Counted from the first letter of the stretch, positions 17,813-27,713 are shown. The stretch is 39,785 nucleotides of DNA from an uncultured Candidatus Peribacteria bacterium (GCA_964468965.1 CAYXXA010000005.1:1-39785); one strand, 5' to 3'. Made by a program: numbers and translations. Notes: generated by a model not told the origin, from the letters alone.

Positions 17813-19930
17813 ATGAAAAAATACCTCAAGAGCTTCAAAAAAATAGGTCAATTGTGTTCAAGTGATATCAAACCGATACTATTTTTACTAATTGCCATTG
17901 TGGGAATTGGGCTACTTGATCCAACCACAGTTACCTTTGCAAGCGCTTCTGGAAACATTGGCGGTGGGTATAGCCAGCAAACACAAGATACACTTAAGAG
18001 CCTTGGTGAACTACTTAGCCTTATCATTAAGATGTTCACGTTCCTCGCAATGTTCATCATCTCTGTTGGAGGTGAGCTATTGGGAACTGACATCCTTCTC
18101 AATGATTCCGCACAAGAAGGGATTAAATTTCTCTGGCAGTATATGCGAAATATTACAAATATAGGATTTGTACTTATTCTCCTTTACCTTGCCTTTGCCA
18201 ACTTATTTTCATTTGGCGATAGTGGTGGTGGCTGGACAATTAAAGAAAAATTACCAAAAGTCATCATCGCGATTATAGCAGTAAATTTCTCACTATTGGC
18301 ATTTAAAGTAGTAATTCAAGCCGTTGAGGTTGGGACAGTCGCGATTCTTTCTATTGCGGATACCGCTTTGGAGGAAAAACAAGCTGGATCACTTGTTGAC
18401 CTTTTAAACACAAAGGTTCCCAATGGCGAGGGAAAAGATGAAGCCTTTTACAAGGTTTTTAATAAGACAATGAACTGTGCAGACGGAGGGAAGTCTATTA
18501 CCGCCACAAAGGATAATCCAAAACCAAGTTGTATGTTTTACATTGATATTAGTAAAGCCAAAGACAATGCTACTAAAAATATCATGGTGGCCTTTGCTGT
18601 CCACTTCTTACACCTACAACAACTCCCAACACTAGCCGCTGGAACATCCAATCTGACACAAGTCATTGATAATGTCTTGTTTTCAACAATTCTTTCACTG
18701 GCATATATTGTCGCCTTGGTGGCAATGTTCATCGTCATGATCATTCGAGTCGCTGCACTATGGCTCTTTATGGCGGTTTCACCGATTCTAATGGCGGCTG
18801 GTATCTTAGGATTCGGTGGATCTGGAGGCGACATTGGTTCGAAAATAATCACCTATCTCATTGTACCACTTAAAATATCGGCTGTATTTGCTTTTACCTT
18901 CGTCATGATGACTGCTTTAGATAGCTACCAGAGTGTTTCATCTGGATGGCTAATTCCAGGTATAGCCCTCAATACAACCCTTTTCGAGATTCTCTGGAAA
19001 GTGATGATTGTTCTTATTTTCTGGCGAGGGGCCTTCTGGGCCCTCAATGGAACAGAAGCCGATGAAGTTGTTAACCATATAAAAAGTGGTGCCGAAAAAG
19101 TCGGTGGATTCGCCCTCCAGAGTGCTACCGTCGATCGTCCGATCTTCAAAATGGGAAGTATGAAACAAGGGGTTGGGCTTAGTACGATGGCCAGTATTCC
19201 AAATCTTCTTCAGAATCAACGAGCTAATACCCTGCAGAAACAAAGAACTGAGATGATGGGCTTACTCGGTGGAAATCAAGCTGCGATTGATGCCACTAAG
19301 GCACTTACGAAGGCGTTAAAAGATAAATCTGGACGAGCTCAAAGTCAGGAACTTGTCAATGATGTACTGTCTCAATTAACAGAATCTGATCTACAAAACT
19401 TGGGATCCGATGACCTTGCCAAACTAACACGTTATCTTGCTGAAAATCAAAGTAAAGAAGCCCCACTTCGAAAAGCTTTTGATGCTTATAAACACAGTCC
19501 AAATGAAGGAACACTGAGGAACTTAAAGAAAGCTATTGCGGATAGTAACAGCGCTGTAAAATCGTGGCAAGCGGTTAACATTGGAGGGAATGCTAAAGTC
19601 AAATCACCTACCGAGACCGAAGCACCTAAGGGTGCCAATATGGGAAGTGTTTCCATTACCAGTAATGGCAAGAACACCGTTATAAACTATAATATTGATG
19701 AACTTATGAACAACCCAACAGAACTAAGAGGTGCAGATGTGAATAAGCTAGCTAATATCATACAACAATCAATGGGACAGAATTTAACAGGTGTCGACGT
19801 AAACCACGCTAGCGAAATTGCTAAAGATATAACAGGTACACTACAACCTAAAGGCATTACAGATATCAATCAGACCACCCTCGAACAAGCTATAAAAAAA
19901 GTTATCCAAGCACAAAACACTCCATCGTAA
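17813..19930 (+). CDS. TrbL/VirB6-like polytopic membrane protein
   Basis: WQYMRNITNIGFVLILLYLAF...LPKVIIAIIAVNFSL, IIRVAALWLFMAVSPI; soluble C-terminal tail. ATG 17813 preferred over 17777, which overlaps a TG-TATGAT -10-like element. Confidence 0.65.
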   Translation: MKKYLKSFKKIGQLCSSDIKPILFLLIAIVGIGLLDPTTVTFASASGNIGGGYSQQTQDTLKSLGELLSLIIKMFTFLAMFIISVGGELLGTDILLNDSAQEGIKFLWQYMRNITNIGFVLILLYLAFANLFSFGDSGGGWTIKEKLPKVIIAIIAVNFSLLAFKVVIQAVEVGTVAILSIADTALEEKQAGSLVDLLNTKVPNGEGKDEAFYKVFNKTMNCADGGKSITATKDNPKPSCMFYIDISKAKDNATKNIMVAFAVHFLHLQQLPTLAAGTSNLTQVIDNVLFSTILSLAYIVALVAMFIVMIIRVAALWLFMAVSPILMAAGILGFGGSGGDIGSKIITYLIVPLKISAVFAFTFVMMTALDSYQSVSSGWLIPGIALNTTLFEILWKVMIVLIFWRGAFWALNGTEADEVVNHIKSGAEKVGGFALQSATVDRPIFKMGSMKQGVGLSTMASIPNLLQNQRANTLQKQRTEMMGLLGGNQAAIDATKALTKALKDKSGRAQSQELVNDVLSQLTESDLQNLGSDDLAKLTRYLAENQSKEAPLRKAFDAYKHSPNEGTLRNLKKAIADSNSAVKSWQAVNIGGNAKVKSPTETEAPKGANMGSVSITSNGKNTVINYNIDELMNNPTELRGADVNKLANIIQQSMGQNLTGVDVNHASEIAKDITGTLQPKGITDINQTTLEQAIKKVIQAQNTPS

Positions 19931-19949
19931 GATCACTATAATATTTATA

Positions 19950-19975
19950 CCAGTATCGGGAGACACCCGATCTGG
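19950..19975. terminator. Hairpin between convergent genes
   Basis: CCAG-T-ATCGGG-AGACA-CCCGAT-CTGG; U tracts weak. Confidence 0.45.
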
Positions 19976-19995
19976 CATTTATATTTTAAACAAAA

Positions 19996-20832
19996 CTACC
20001 GATCCAAGTCGAGATCAAATCCACCCGTATCGTCCAGTTCTTTCTCCACCTCAATCTCTCGATATCGCTGTTCTTTTTTAACGATCTTTTTGGGAACTAA
20101 CTTTTCAAAGAAGGAAGCTTCCTTTTGCTTTCTGGCCTCCACGACTTCCTGTTCGGCTTCTTCTAAATGATAAAAATCCTTGGTCTTTAGTCGAAATCGT
20201 TCGGTCTCCCGAGTCGGTTGTCCATGTTCATCCACATGATGCTGAACCATCTGTGACAAGAGATTTTTCAAAGCCGATTCTTCCGTGAAATTTTTCGCGT
20301 CTAGGATCTTTTCTCGATATCGTTCAATCGTTCGAGATGTCCACATGGGTCGATTTATACGATGCACAAGCACCTTTGATCCACCATTTACTTTTTCAAA
20401 TCGCAAATCCCCATAGTTTAGCAGAAACGACCGAATCCCCCGTTTTTCTACCTCAATCTCGTCTAAATTATGAAAATCAATCCTCGAGAAATTTCGATGA
20501 AAAAACTTTTTCCAATCGACAAAAATAAGGCTTTCATTCGTCATAACAATTCCATTGTAGTACCAATACCCAAGTGCTCCCAGAACCTTATACAAAGTCA
20601 ACAAAGCAAAGAAACCCCAGACCATGGTCAAGTCATAAGAGTGAATCACTCCAGACGATGACTTAAAATCATACGTCGGATACAAGAAATAAAAAACATA
20701 GGTCAGTCCTCCCCATAATAAAACATGAATAAACATCCGAGGAAGGACAAAGATAAAAGGATGCCGAAAAACACGAAGCACTTTTTCATCCTCTTCTATA
20801 AAGTATCCGAAACCAAATTTGAGAAAAGTCAC
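19996..20832 (-). CDS. Membrane-anchored bacterial PH-domain protein (bPH_2-like)
   Basis: EEDEKVLRVFRHP, two TMs, VMTNESLIFVD...IDFHNLDEIEVEK.G...LLNYGDLRFE; GTG start. Confidence 0.75.
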   Translation of the reverse strand: MTFLKFGFGYFIEEDEKVLRVFRHPFIFVLPRMFIHVLLWGGLTYVFYFLYPTYDFKSSSGVIHSYDLTMVWGFFALLTLYKVLGALGYWYYNGIVMTNESLIFVDWKKFFHRNFSRIDFHNLDEIEVEKRGIRSFLLNYGDLRFEKVNGGSKVLVHRINRPMWTSRTIERYREKILDAKNFTEESALKNLLSQMVQHHVDEHGQPTRETERFRLKTKDFYHLEEAEQEVVEARKQKEASFFEKLVPKKIVKKEQRYREIEVEKELDDTGGFDLDLDR

Positions 20833-20837
20833 AGACT

Positions 20838-20872
20838 AAGTTTAAAGCTTTAAATTTAAAGTTTAAAGTTTT
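20838..20872. repeat. Degenerate heptamer tandem repeat (AAGTTTA x5)
   Basis: AAGTTTA AAGCTTT AAATTTA AAGTTTA AAGTTTT. Confidence 0.7.
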
Positions 20873-20959
20873 TTGCTTTTATTTTTAAAACGATTCCTTA
20901 ACATGCCATAGCACTCAAGGCACATTGAAGCCTAGAACTTAAAATTTAGAACTGAAATC

Positions 20960-21628
20960 ATGGGATTTTTTAAAGACGAAAAACAAAGCTGGAAAAGTTT
21001 TTTCCTTGAACTGGGACTACTCCTACTCGTTGTTCTCTTTATTCGATTTTATATTTTTCAGTTTTTTCAGGTGTCGGGTCCATCCATGTGTCCAACGCTA
21101 AATTTTTTAAAAAACTACTGTGAACGAGATAAAGGAGAGTTTATTTTTGTGAATGAAGCCCTTTACAACTTTATCCGTAATCCAAAACGAGGAGAGGTTG
21201 TCGTTTTCAAGGCTCCTTACGCTGCCAAAGGACGAGATATTTATATCAAACGAGTTATTGGGGTTGCCGGTGATACGATTGAAGTTAAAAAAGGAAAAGT
21301 CTTCCTCAGTAATGATGAAGTACAGGATTTTCCACTTCCCGAAACCTATCTTTCCCCTCGAAACCAAGGACAAACTCGATCCACTAAATCCAAATTTGTC
21401 GTTCCCGAAGGTCATATTTTAGTTTTTGGAGACAATCGAGACATGAGTGCAGATGCACGACAATGTTTTTCAAGTGGATGTTATGGAGACAAATCCCCTT
21501 ACATCGCTATTAATAAAGTCATTGGAAAAGCTACGTTTGTGATTTGGCCATTCTGGAAAACCAGCAACGAGAACTCCGGATTTCGATTTCTTAAAAATGA
21601 GTTTGACGAAATCCTACCGCAAAAGTAG
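20960..21628 (+). CDS. lepB: Signal peptidase I
   Basis: N-terminal TM, VSGPSMCPTL (catalytic Ser), YIKRVIG (catalytic Lys), GDNRDMSADAR. Confidence 0.95.
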   Translation: MGFFKDEKQSWKSFFLELGLLLLVVLFIRFYIFQFFQVSGPSMCPTLNFLKNYCERDKGEFIFVNEALYNFIRNPKRGEVVVFKAPYAAKGRDIYIKRVIGVAGDTIEVKKGKVFLSNDEVQDFPLPETYLSPRNQGQTRSTKSKFVVPEGHILVFGDNRDMSADARQCFSSGCYGDKSPYIAINKVIGKATFVIWPFWKTSNENSGFRFLKNEFDEILPQK

Positions 21629-21669
21629 TCTTTTTAAGAACATTAAATTTCTTAAAAAAACAAAAAAAC

Positions 21670-22770
21670 ATGAATCGCTTAATGCTACAATTTGGACTTG
21701 TGCTTTCTTTTTTAGTTGTTCCTACTCTTTCTTTTGCGACCGCTTTGACGGGACTCAAGGCTACACCAATGATAGAGACCGGACAACTACAAATACAGTG
21801 GACCGCTCCCGATAGTTCTACTACGGCTCAAAGCGATGGTTATGCTATTCAGTGGTCCGATACCCGATCTGATATTCATATCCAAAAACCCGTTCGACTT
21901 TATACGAATAATACAAGTAAAGATGTTCGACTGAGAACCTTTGATCGTGGAACCGATTACTTTTTCCGTGTTTACACCTATACTAAAGATGGACGGAAAT
22001 ACACCTTAAGTAATGGTTCAAAAATTCTTAAATGGCGACGGATCTCTGGTAACAAAACGGAAACTTCTGAAATAGCGATCACAGATCCTGTTATTGCCAA
22101 TAATTCTACTAATAACAATTCATCCAGTGAATCGACCTTTGAATTTGGAAAACTTAGATCACTCGCCCTTGATACCTTTGTAGACCTAAACTGGTCTCGT
22201 CCTTCAAAGATGGCAAAAAGTGATTATGATGGTTTTTACATTACTCTCTCAAAAAATGCTAATATGGACAGCCCTATCAAAAGTTTTAAGGTTGACCGAG
22301 ACCACATAAAAGCGAGGATCAAAGGTCTTGAACCCAAAACACAGTATTATGCACAGGGAGCTTTTTATAAAGAAAAAAACAAACAAACTGATGTCTTTGG
22401 TAAAAGTCCTGTCAAGTCCTTTGTAACCGTTGAAGCGATTGACCGAACCGTTAATTCACGTCAATCTCGAAATCTTGCCAAGATTGAAAAACAAAATTAC
22501 TTTACCGTTAGCCTTGATGAAAACGAAACATCAACAACTAAAACAAAATCTTCTAAAAAGAAGACTTCTCCAAATACTGATAGTAAAAGCTCACTACGAA
22601 CCCGGATTGCTAACCTAAAACGAAAGATAGCAGAACTCCAACAGGAACTCCGAACTTTAGAAGCCCAGCTTTCAGGAAAATCAAAAAACGTTACTCACGT
22701 GAAAACAAGAACCCGTTCAAAAAGTTTACGTGAACGATTACGAGAACGACTTGCCAAAAGACGTCGATAA
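21670..22770 (+). CDS. Secreted protein with two Fn3-like domains and a basic coiled-coil tail
   Basis: Signal peptide; IQWTAP..DGYAIQW..YFFRVYTY; LNWSRP..DGFYI..IKGLEPKTQYY; tail LRTRIANLKRKIAELQQELRTLEAQL...RERLRERLAKRRR. Confidence 0.8.
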   Translation: MNRLMLQFGLVLSFLVVPTLSFATALTGLKATPMIETGQLQIQWTAPDSSTTAQSDGYAIQWSDTRSDIHIQKPVRLYTNNTSKDVRLRTFDRGTDYFFRVYTYTKDGRKYTLSNGSKILKWRRISGNKTETSEIAITDPVIANNSTNNNSSSESTFEFGKLRSLALDTFVDLNWSRPSKMAKSDYDGFYITLSKNANMDSPIKSFKVDRDHIKARIKGLEPKTQYYAQGAFYKEKNKQTDVFGKSPVKSFVTVEAIDRTVNSRQSRNLAKIEKQNYFTVSLDENETSTTKTKSSKKKTSPNTDSKSSLRTRIANLKRKIAELQQELRTLEAQLSGKSKNVTHVKTRTRSKSLRERLRERLAKRRR

Positions 22771-22812
22771 TCTTAGTATCCTTTTACACTATCAAATAAA
22801 TCACAAACAAAT

Positions 22813-23553
22813 ATGAAAAAGTTACTATTACTGGTGCCATTCTTACTCTTAAATACTGGACATGCCCAATCAGAAGGAACTTCTTGTATTCAGGTTATTC
22901 AATCGGCCATAAGCCCTACCGGACAATGTCAGACTTTTCCGACACCTTGTGACGTGCCAAGTGATTACAAGGTTGTACCTTCTTGTAATATCGTAAAAGA
23001 TAAGAACTTTGGACGAAAACTTGAAGACCGAATGAATCATCGATCTTTACGAGTAAGAAAAACCCGAAGGCCTAAAAATATTCAAAAGAGACACCGTAGT
23101 TTTGGACGAAGTGCAGGTGCCGGTTCTCGACGAGATCGAATAACTCGTACAAGAGCCGATTATAATAAAAGAGGTACTCGAAAAACCTCAACTCGAAAAA
23201 ACTACTCAGCGGCCGCTCGAAACCGAATAAAATACCTTAACCGAAATCTACGAGGTGGATACCAACATCCAGATAAGCCCTCTCGTGAGGAACGGCTAGC
23301 TCGACGTCAAACTGTTCACAAAATACGAAGTCGTGTTCAAAAGAACCTACATCAAAAGCTATCTAATACCCCTTCTTGGTCATCAGAAATAAACCGACGA
23401 TCTAGAGCGGTAAGACCACTTAGAAGTTGGAATAACTCCCATCTCAGTGAAAAACGAAGAAAGATGAGAAGTGCCCGAAAGAAACGAATTTACGAAGGTA
23501 TAAAACTTCGAAAAACTTGGAAAGGTCAACGAATTGAAGGTTCTTTAGAGTAA
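22813..23553 (+). CDS. Secreted protein: small Cys-rich domain plus very Arg/Lys-rich tail
   Basis: Signal peptide (MKKLLLL...HAQ), CIQVIQSAISPTGQCQTFPTPCDVP..C, then about 180 aa with roughly one third R/K (hand count). Confidence 0.7.
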   Translation: MKKLLLLVPFLLLNTGHAQSEGTSCIQVIQSAISPTGQCQTFPTPCDVPSDYKVVPSCNIVKDKNFGRKLEDRMNHRSLRVRKTRRPKNIQKRHRSFGRSAGAGSRRDRITRTRADYNKRGTRKTSTRKNYSAAARNRIKYLNRNLRGGYQHPDKPSREERLARRQTVHKIRSRVQKNLHQKLSNTPSWSSEINRRSRAVRPLRSWNNSHLSEKRRKMRSARKKRIYEGIKLRKTWKGQRIEGSLE

Positions 23554-23885
23554 AAACCAAAAAGAGGCATGTAACATTTTCGGAGCGCCAAAAGCAGGTT
23601 TTATATAGTCTAGAAGAGGGATAATATGATGTTTTTTTAAGATGTTTAAAAAAATACCCAAAATGTAGTAAAAATAGTACGTCAAAATAGGAAGATTTTT
23701 TAAAGAAAAAAAGTCGATAAACTACTAAAAAATGCTATTTCACACACAAACAACTACAGACTACTTTTTTTAGAATTCAAAAAAATTTAGAGCTACTTTT
23801 TACTTACTAATTTCATTCCAAAATCATTGAAATACCAAACACAACAAATACCATTGACGGATATTTTTTCTTTATGAATTCCTAC

Positions 23886-23909
23886 AGTCCCCTTTTTTCA
23901 AAGGGGACT
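23886..23909. repeat. Perfect inverted repeat (terminator or REP-like hairpin)
   Basis: AGTCCCCTTT-TTTC-AAAGGGGACT downstream of the aldolase gene. Confidence 0.6.
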
Positions 23910-23947
23910 AAAATTCGGAGTTATATTTTTTAATTTTCACCTTTATT

Positions 23948-24841
23948 CTACGTATTTGATGCTTTGAAAATCGCATCAATTGAAGCCCCTAAAGTTTCGC
24001 TAAATTCTTCATCTGATTGATCAACCGAAAGCCCTTCAGTTAACGCTCGTGAAAAGCTCGCAACCATACCATTATTTTCACCTAATCGATCATTGGCTTC
24101 TTCCCGAGAATATCCACCCGAAAGAGCCACCACACGCAATACATTCGGATGATCTACACACTCTTTGTAAAGATTTTTCTGCTCTGGTAAGGTTAGCTTG
24201 AGCATTACTTTTTGATCTGCCTCTAAATCATCCAACGCCGCCATGAGATCTAGTTTTAAAATCGTTTCGGCTTCTTCTTTTGTTGCTGAATGAATATCCA
24301 CTTCTGGTTCAATAATAGGGACTAATCCATGAGCTATAATTTGTTTTCCAATTTCAAATTGCTGATCAACAATCTCCGAAATCCCCGCTTCATCCGCAGA
24401 ATGAATAACCGACCGCATCTTTGTCCCAAAAATGCCCTTTTCTTTTGCTCGTTCAAGAAGTTTGTCGATATCTGGCATAGGCTTCATTAATTGCACACCA
24501 TTGGCTTCTTCCTCAAGTCCTTTATCAACCTTTAGAAAAGGAACAATATGTTTTTCTTCCCATAAATACTGAGCCGTTGGTTTCCCCTCAACTTCTCGAT
24601 CCATAGTCATTTCAAAAAGAATAGCCCCAAGAATTTTTTCACCATTAAAATGTTCATTCGTCATGATTCGTGTTCGCATTTCGTGAACCTTATCAAACAT
24701 TTCAGCCTCTCCATCATACTGATCCTCTAGAATACCGTATAATCTAAGCGCCTTTGGAGTACTCCCTCCACTTTGATCAAGGGCCGCGATAAAACCTGGA
24801 TCATTTTTTACTTTTGCAAACTGTTCATCAAATACAGACAT
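23948..24841 (-). CDS. fda: Fructose-bisphosphate aldolase class I (bacterial type)
   Basis: [53 protein letters not shown]. Confidence 0.96.
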   Translation of the reverse strand: MSVFDEQFAKVKNDPGFIAALDQSGGSTPKALRLYGILEDQYDGEAEMFDKVHEMRTRIMTNEHFNGEKILGAILFEMTMDREVEGKPTAQYLWEEKHIVPFLKVDKGLEEEANGVQLMKPMPDIDKLLERAKEKGIFGTKMRSVIHSADEAGISEIVDQQFEIGKQIIAHGLVPIIEPEVDIHSATKEEAETILKLDLMAALDDLEADQKVMLKLTLPEQKNLYKECVDHPNVLRVVALSGGYSREEANDRLGENNGMVASFSRALTEGLSVDQSDEEFSETLGASIDAIFKASNT

Positions 24842-24919
24842 GATAATTTTGGGTTAATTTTTTCAGATAAATTTTGGCGGAATATAAAAATGAAATCAAA
24901 TTATTTAGTTAAAATTAAG

Positions 24920-24947
24920 TTGCACCAGCTTTATTATTTCATAATAT
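24920..24947 (+). promoter_or_regulatory. Putative sigma70 promoter of tRNA-Leu
   Basis: TTGCAC-N16-TAATAT, 12 nt before the tRNA. Confidence 0.45.
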
Positions 24948-24959
24948 TCCTATCGGTTA

Positions 24960-25044
24960 GCCGGGGTGGCGGAATTGGTAGACGCGCGCGACTCAAAATC
25001 GCGTTCCGCAAGGAGTGAGGGTTCGATTCCCTCCCTCGGCACCA
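24960..25044 (+). tRNA. tRNA-Leu (anticodon CAA)
   Basis: GCCGGGG/CCTCGGC acceptor stem, GGCGGAATTGGTAGACGC D arm, CGCGA-CTCAAAA-TCGCG anticodon arm, long variable arm, GGTTCGATTCC T arm, encoded CCA. Confidence 0.97.
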
Positions 25045-25047
25045 TCG

Positions 25048-25080
25048 AAAAAGACATGAATCCATGCGGACTCATTTTTT
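25048..25080. terminator. Bidirectional terminator between tRNA-Leu and trhP
   Basis: ATGAATCC-ATGC-GGACTCAT hairpin with A and T tracts on the flanks. Confidence 0.65.
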
Positions 25081-25103
25081 GTCGTTCCCCAAATAATCGT
25101 TTT

Positions 25104-26462
25104 CTACTTCACCTGTGCTGGATTCTTTGTCTTTTGACGGATAAAAGTACCCACTGGAACTTCTCTTTCACACTTAATCGAGGCTTCTTCGTTATCATTT
25201 CCTCCATGAAGTACTGTAACGGACTTGTCGCCAAATTTCATATCCTCAGCCTTAATGATAAAATCATCCTCGATTTTCGGCATCACAAACTCAATGTCTG
25301 TCCCTTGTTCAACTCTATTTTTTATCTGAACCATTACTCGTCCATTTTTCCAGCCTCGAACGACACCACAAAATTCTTTATCAGACGTCGAACGATTCGC
25401 TTCGTACTGCATTGAGCCTTCTTGTGGTTTCCCATTAAGAAAACCTGGAAAAAATCCACGATTAGCGGTCGCATGAACCTCATCCCAACATTTTGAATCA
25501 AACGGTTTCCCCTCCGCCAAATCATCCAAAGCCTTCCGATACGCTCTTGCAATCGTTGCGGCATAATATGCCGTCTTATTTCGCCCTTCCACCTTCAAGG
25601 AACAAACCCCCGCATCACGGATAGCTTCCAGATCTTCAATCATACACATATCCTTCGATGACATGATGTGTGTCCCGTGGAAATCCTCCTCCATAGGAAT
25701 CATTTCGCCTTTTCGAGTTTCTTCTTCTACTATCTTTGTTTGTTCAAAATCACGAATAGATTTTGCCACCCCCTCTCCACAACCATTATCATCCCCTTTT
25801 TCGTAATGATCTTTTATGTTTACCTCTCGCCCATCTTCGTCATAAACTTTGTAATTCCATCGACAGGTATGATTACACGCACCACGATTCGCATCTCGAC
25901 CACCCGTAAAATTAGAAAGCAAACATCGACCAGAATACGCCATACATACCGCTCCGTGAACAAAATATTCCAATTCCATATCAGGAATTAACTTATGAAT
26001 TTGTGCCACTTCCTTAATGGCCATTTCTCGAGCGAGAATAATTCGTTCAACTCCAAGACTTTTCCAGAGATTTATCGCTGGAGCATTCACCGTTGAAGTC
26101 TGCACTGACAAATGTTTTGGCACACTCGGCGCAAATTCATTCGCCAAGCTCAAAACACCTAAGTCTGCAAAAATAATCCCATCAGGTTTTAGCTCTTCGA
26201 GCAGTTTAAAGTGTTTTTCATACAGTGGAATCAAATATTGATGAGGGAAAGCATTGGTCGTGACATATACTTTTTTGCCGTGTTTATGGGCGTAGGGAAT
26301 AATTTCTGCCAAATCTTTATCCGTAAAAATATTTTCTCGTGTCCGAAGAGAAAACATCGGCACTCCACAATAAATCGCATCCGCTCCATACCGAAACACC
26401 GCATAGGCTTTTTCTAGATCCCCCGCGGGCATGAGTAGTTCTGGTAGTTCGTTTTTATTCAT
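25104..26462 (-). CDS. trhP: Peptidase U32 family tRNA hydroxylation protein (TrhP/YegQ)
   Basis: ELLMPAG, GADAIYCG, HLSVQ, HGAVCMAYSGRC...NRGACNHTCR Fe-S cysteines, SLKVEGR, C-terminal U32 domain. Alternative TTG start at 26498. Confidence 0.9.
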   Translation of the reverse strand: MNKNELPELLMPAGDLEKAYAVFRYGADAIYCGVPMFSLRTRENIFTDKDLAEIIPYAHKHGKKVYVTTNAFPHQYLIPLYEKHFKLLEELKPDGIIFADLGVLSLANEFAPSVPKHLSVQTSTVNAPAINLWKSLGVERIILAREMAIKEVAQIHKLIPDMELEYFVHGAVCMAYSGRCLLSNFTGGRDANRGACNHTCRWNYKVYDEDGREVNIKDHYEKGDDNGCGEGVAKSIRDFEQTKIVEEETRKGEMIPMEEDFHGTHIMSSKDMCMIEDLEAIRDAGVCSLKVEGRNKTAYYAATIARAYRKALDDLAEGKPFDSKCWDEVHATANRGFFPGFLNGKPQEGSMQYEANRSTSDKEFCGVVRGWKNGRVMVQIKNRVEQGTDIEFVMPKIEDDFIIKAEDMKFGDKSVTVLHGGNDNEEASIKCEREVPVGTFIRQKTKNPAQVK

Positions 26463-26519
26463 CGCCGATGAGTGTAGAGGAACAACTTTTTTTGGCAAAC
26501 TGAGGATTTTATTTTTACA

Positions 26520-27152
26520 CTAAATAACTTTCTTTCTAAAAAAATGAGTACCATTTTCAGATTCACAAGATAGCTCACACACTACGCCATTTGTCTTAAA
26601 TACAACTGGCAACGTAATGGGGAAGTTTGTGTCATGGTTTCGTGCAATCATAGTACCACCATCTGCTAACAAATTAAAGGCCTCATTAAATAAATAATGT
26701 GGTAACAATTCAGGGTTCTCTAATCCGAGTGTCTCTAAAACCTTATTATCCCTTGCTACCCAATGTGCTAAGTGCTTCTCAAATATATCAAATGCCAAAA
26801 TAACATTAGGACTCCTTCCATCAAACTCCGATAATATTAGGTCTTGCACTTCCTTTTTTAAAAAGTTTCCTAAGATAAGTGGAATATTTGCTTGTCCGAA
26901 TAAGTTACTTTCAGACGCCGTTATATCTGTTGCAACAAATTTACAACCATCACACCGCTCTTTTAACGCAGTGATAACCGAGTAACCTTCTGAGTTTTCC
27001 ATTGGAGTTGCTCCCAATTCTAAAACTAAACGATCACCTTTTGAAATTGCATTTATTCTATTTTCTGCATGCAAAGTAAAAGCTTCCAAAGATTCTCTCT
27101 TCGGAGGTAACTCTTCGTAACCAAAATCAATAAACTGTACGACTTCTTTCAT
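26520..27152 (-). CDS. Hypothetical protein, class I SAM-methyltransferase-like fold
   Basis: LVLELGA (motif I-like), FVATDI, GNF, LLADGGTMI. Confidence 0.5.
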   Translation of the reverse strand: MKEVVQFIDFGYEELPPKRESLEAFTLHAENRINAISKGDRLVLELGATPMENSEGYSVITALKERCDGCKFVATDITASESNLFGQANIPLILGNFLKKEVQDLILSEFDGRSPNVILAFDIFEKHLAHWVARDNKVLETLGLENPELLPHYLFNEAFNLLADGGTMIARNHDTNFPITLPVVFKTNGVVCELSCESENGTHFFRKKVI

Positions 27153-27212
27153 TTAAAACTTAACCAAGATTAAATAACACCTTATTAGTAAATTTTGCGA
27201 ATAAGTCAACTA

Positions 27213-27713
27213 TTACATAAAAACCTTCCGCCACAACATCGGAAATCGTGAGTTTTTACAGACAAAACCCTGCCGATCACCTTCTCTTTTCCGGCAATAA
27301 TCACGAAATTTCGGAAAATTGAGCCAAAAAAAGTCAGCATGTTTATCTTCTGACTTTCCTATGTTATTGATCGAAATTGAAGGATTATCATGCAGAATGG
27401 TGTAAAAATTATAGATAATCGTTACCTCACCTGTTGCCGAATTTTTATATTTTCGTTCACCTAGGTAATGAATATCGGAACATTTGATCCTTAAGCCTGT
27501 CTCCTCCCGCATTTCCCGTTTTATCTGATAACACTGAAACAATCGCTTTAGTGGTAAGTACTTATAAAAAAATGCCTGATAACGATGATCAAACATTTTT
27601 CCTCCAGGAAACTCTAACGCATTTGGATTTTTAGACGTTTCGTCTTTTTTCAGCATCAAGACTTCATGATGTTGCTTTTTATTTCGGAAGATGGCACAAC
27701 GCACGGTTTCCAT
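27213..27713 (-). CDS. NUDIX hydrolase with interrupted Nudix box
   Basis: VLMLKK...LEFPGGK...REMREETGL, HADFFWL. Confidence 0.8.
   Translation of the reverse strand: METVRCAIFRNKKQHHEVLMLKKDETSKNPNALEFPGGKMFDHRYQAFFYKYLPLKRLFQCYQIKREMREETGLRIKCSDIHYLGERKYKNSATGEVTIIYNFYTILHDNPSISINNIGKSEDKHADFFWLNFPKFRDYCRKREGDRQGFVCKNSRFPMLWRKVFM

Noticed and set aside
24773-25415. ORFs 24773..25018 and 24966..25415
   Set aside because: They overlap tRNA-Leu and the antisense strands of fda or trhP; no protein motifs.
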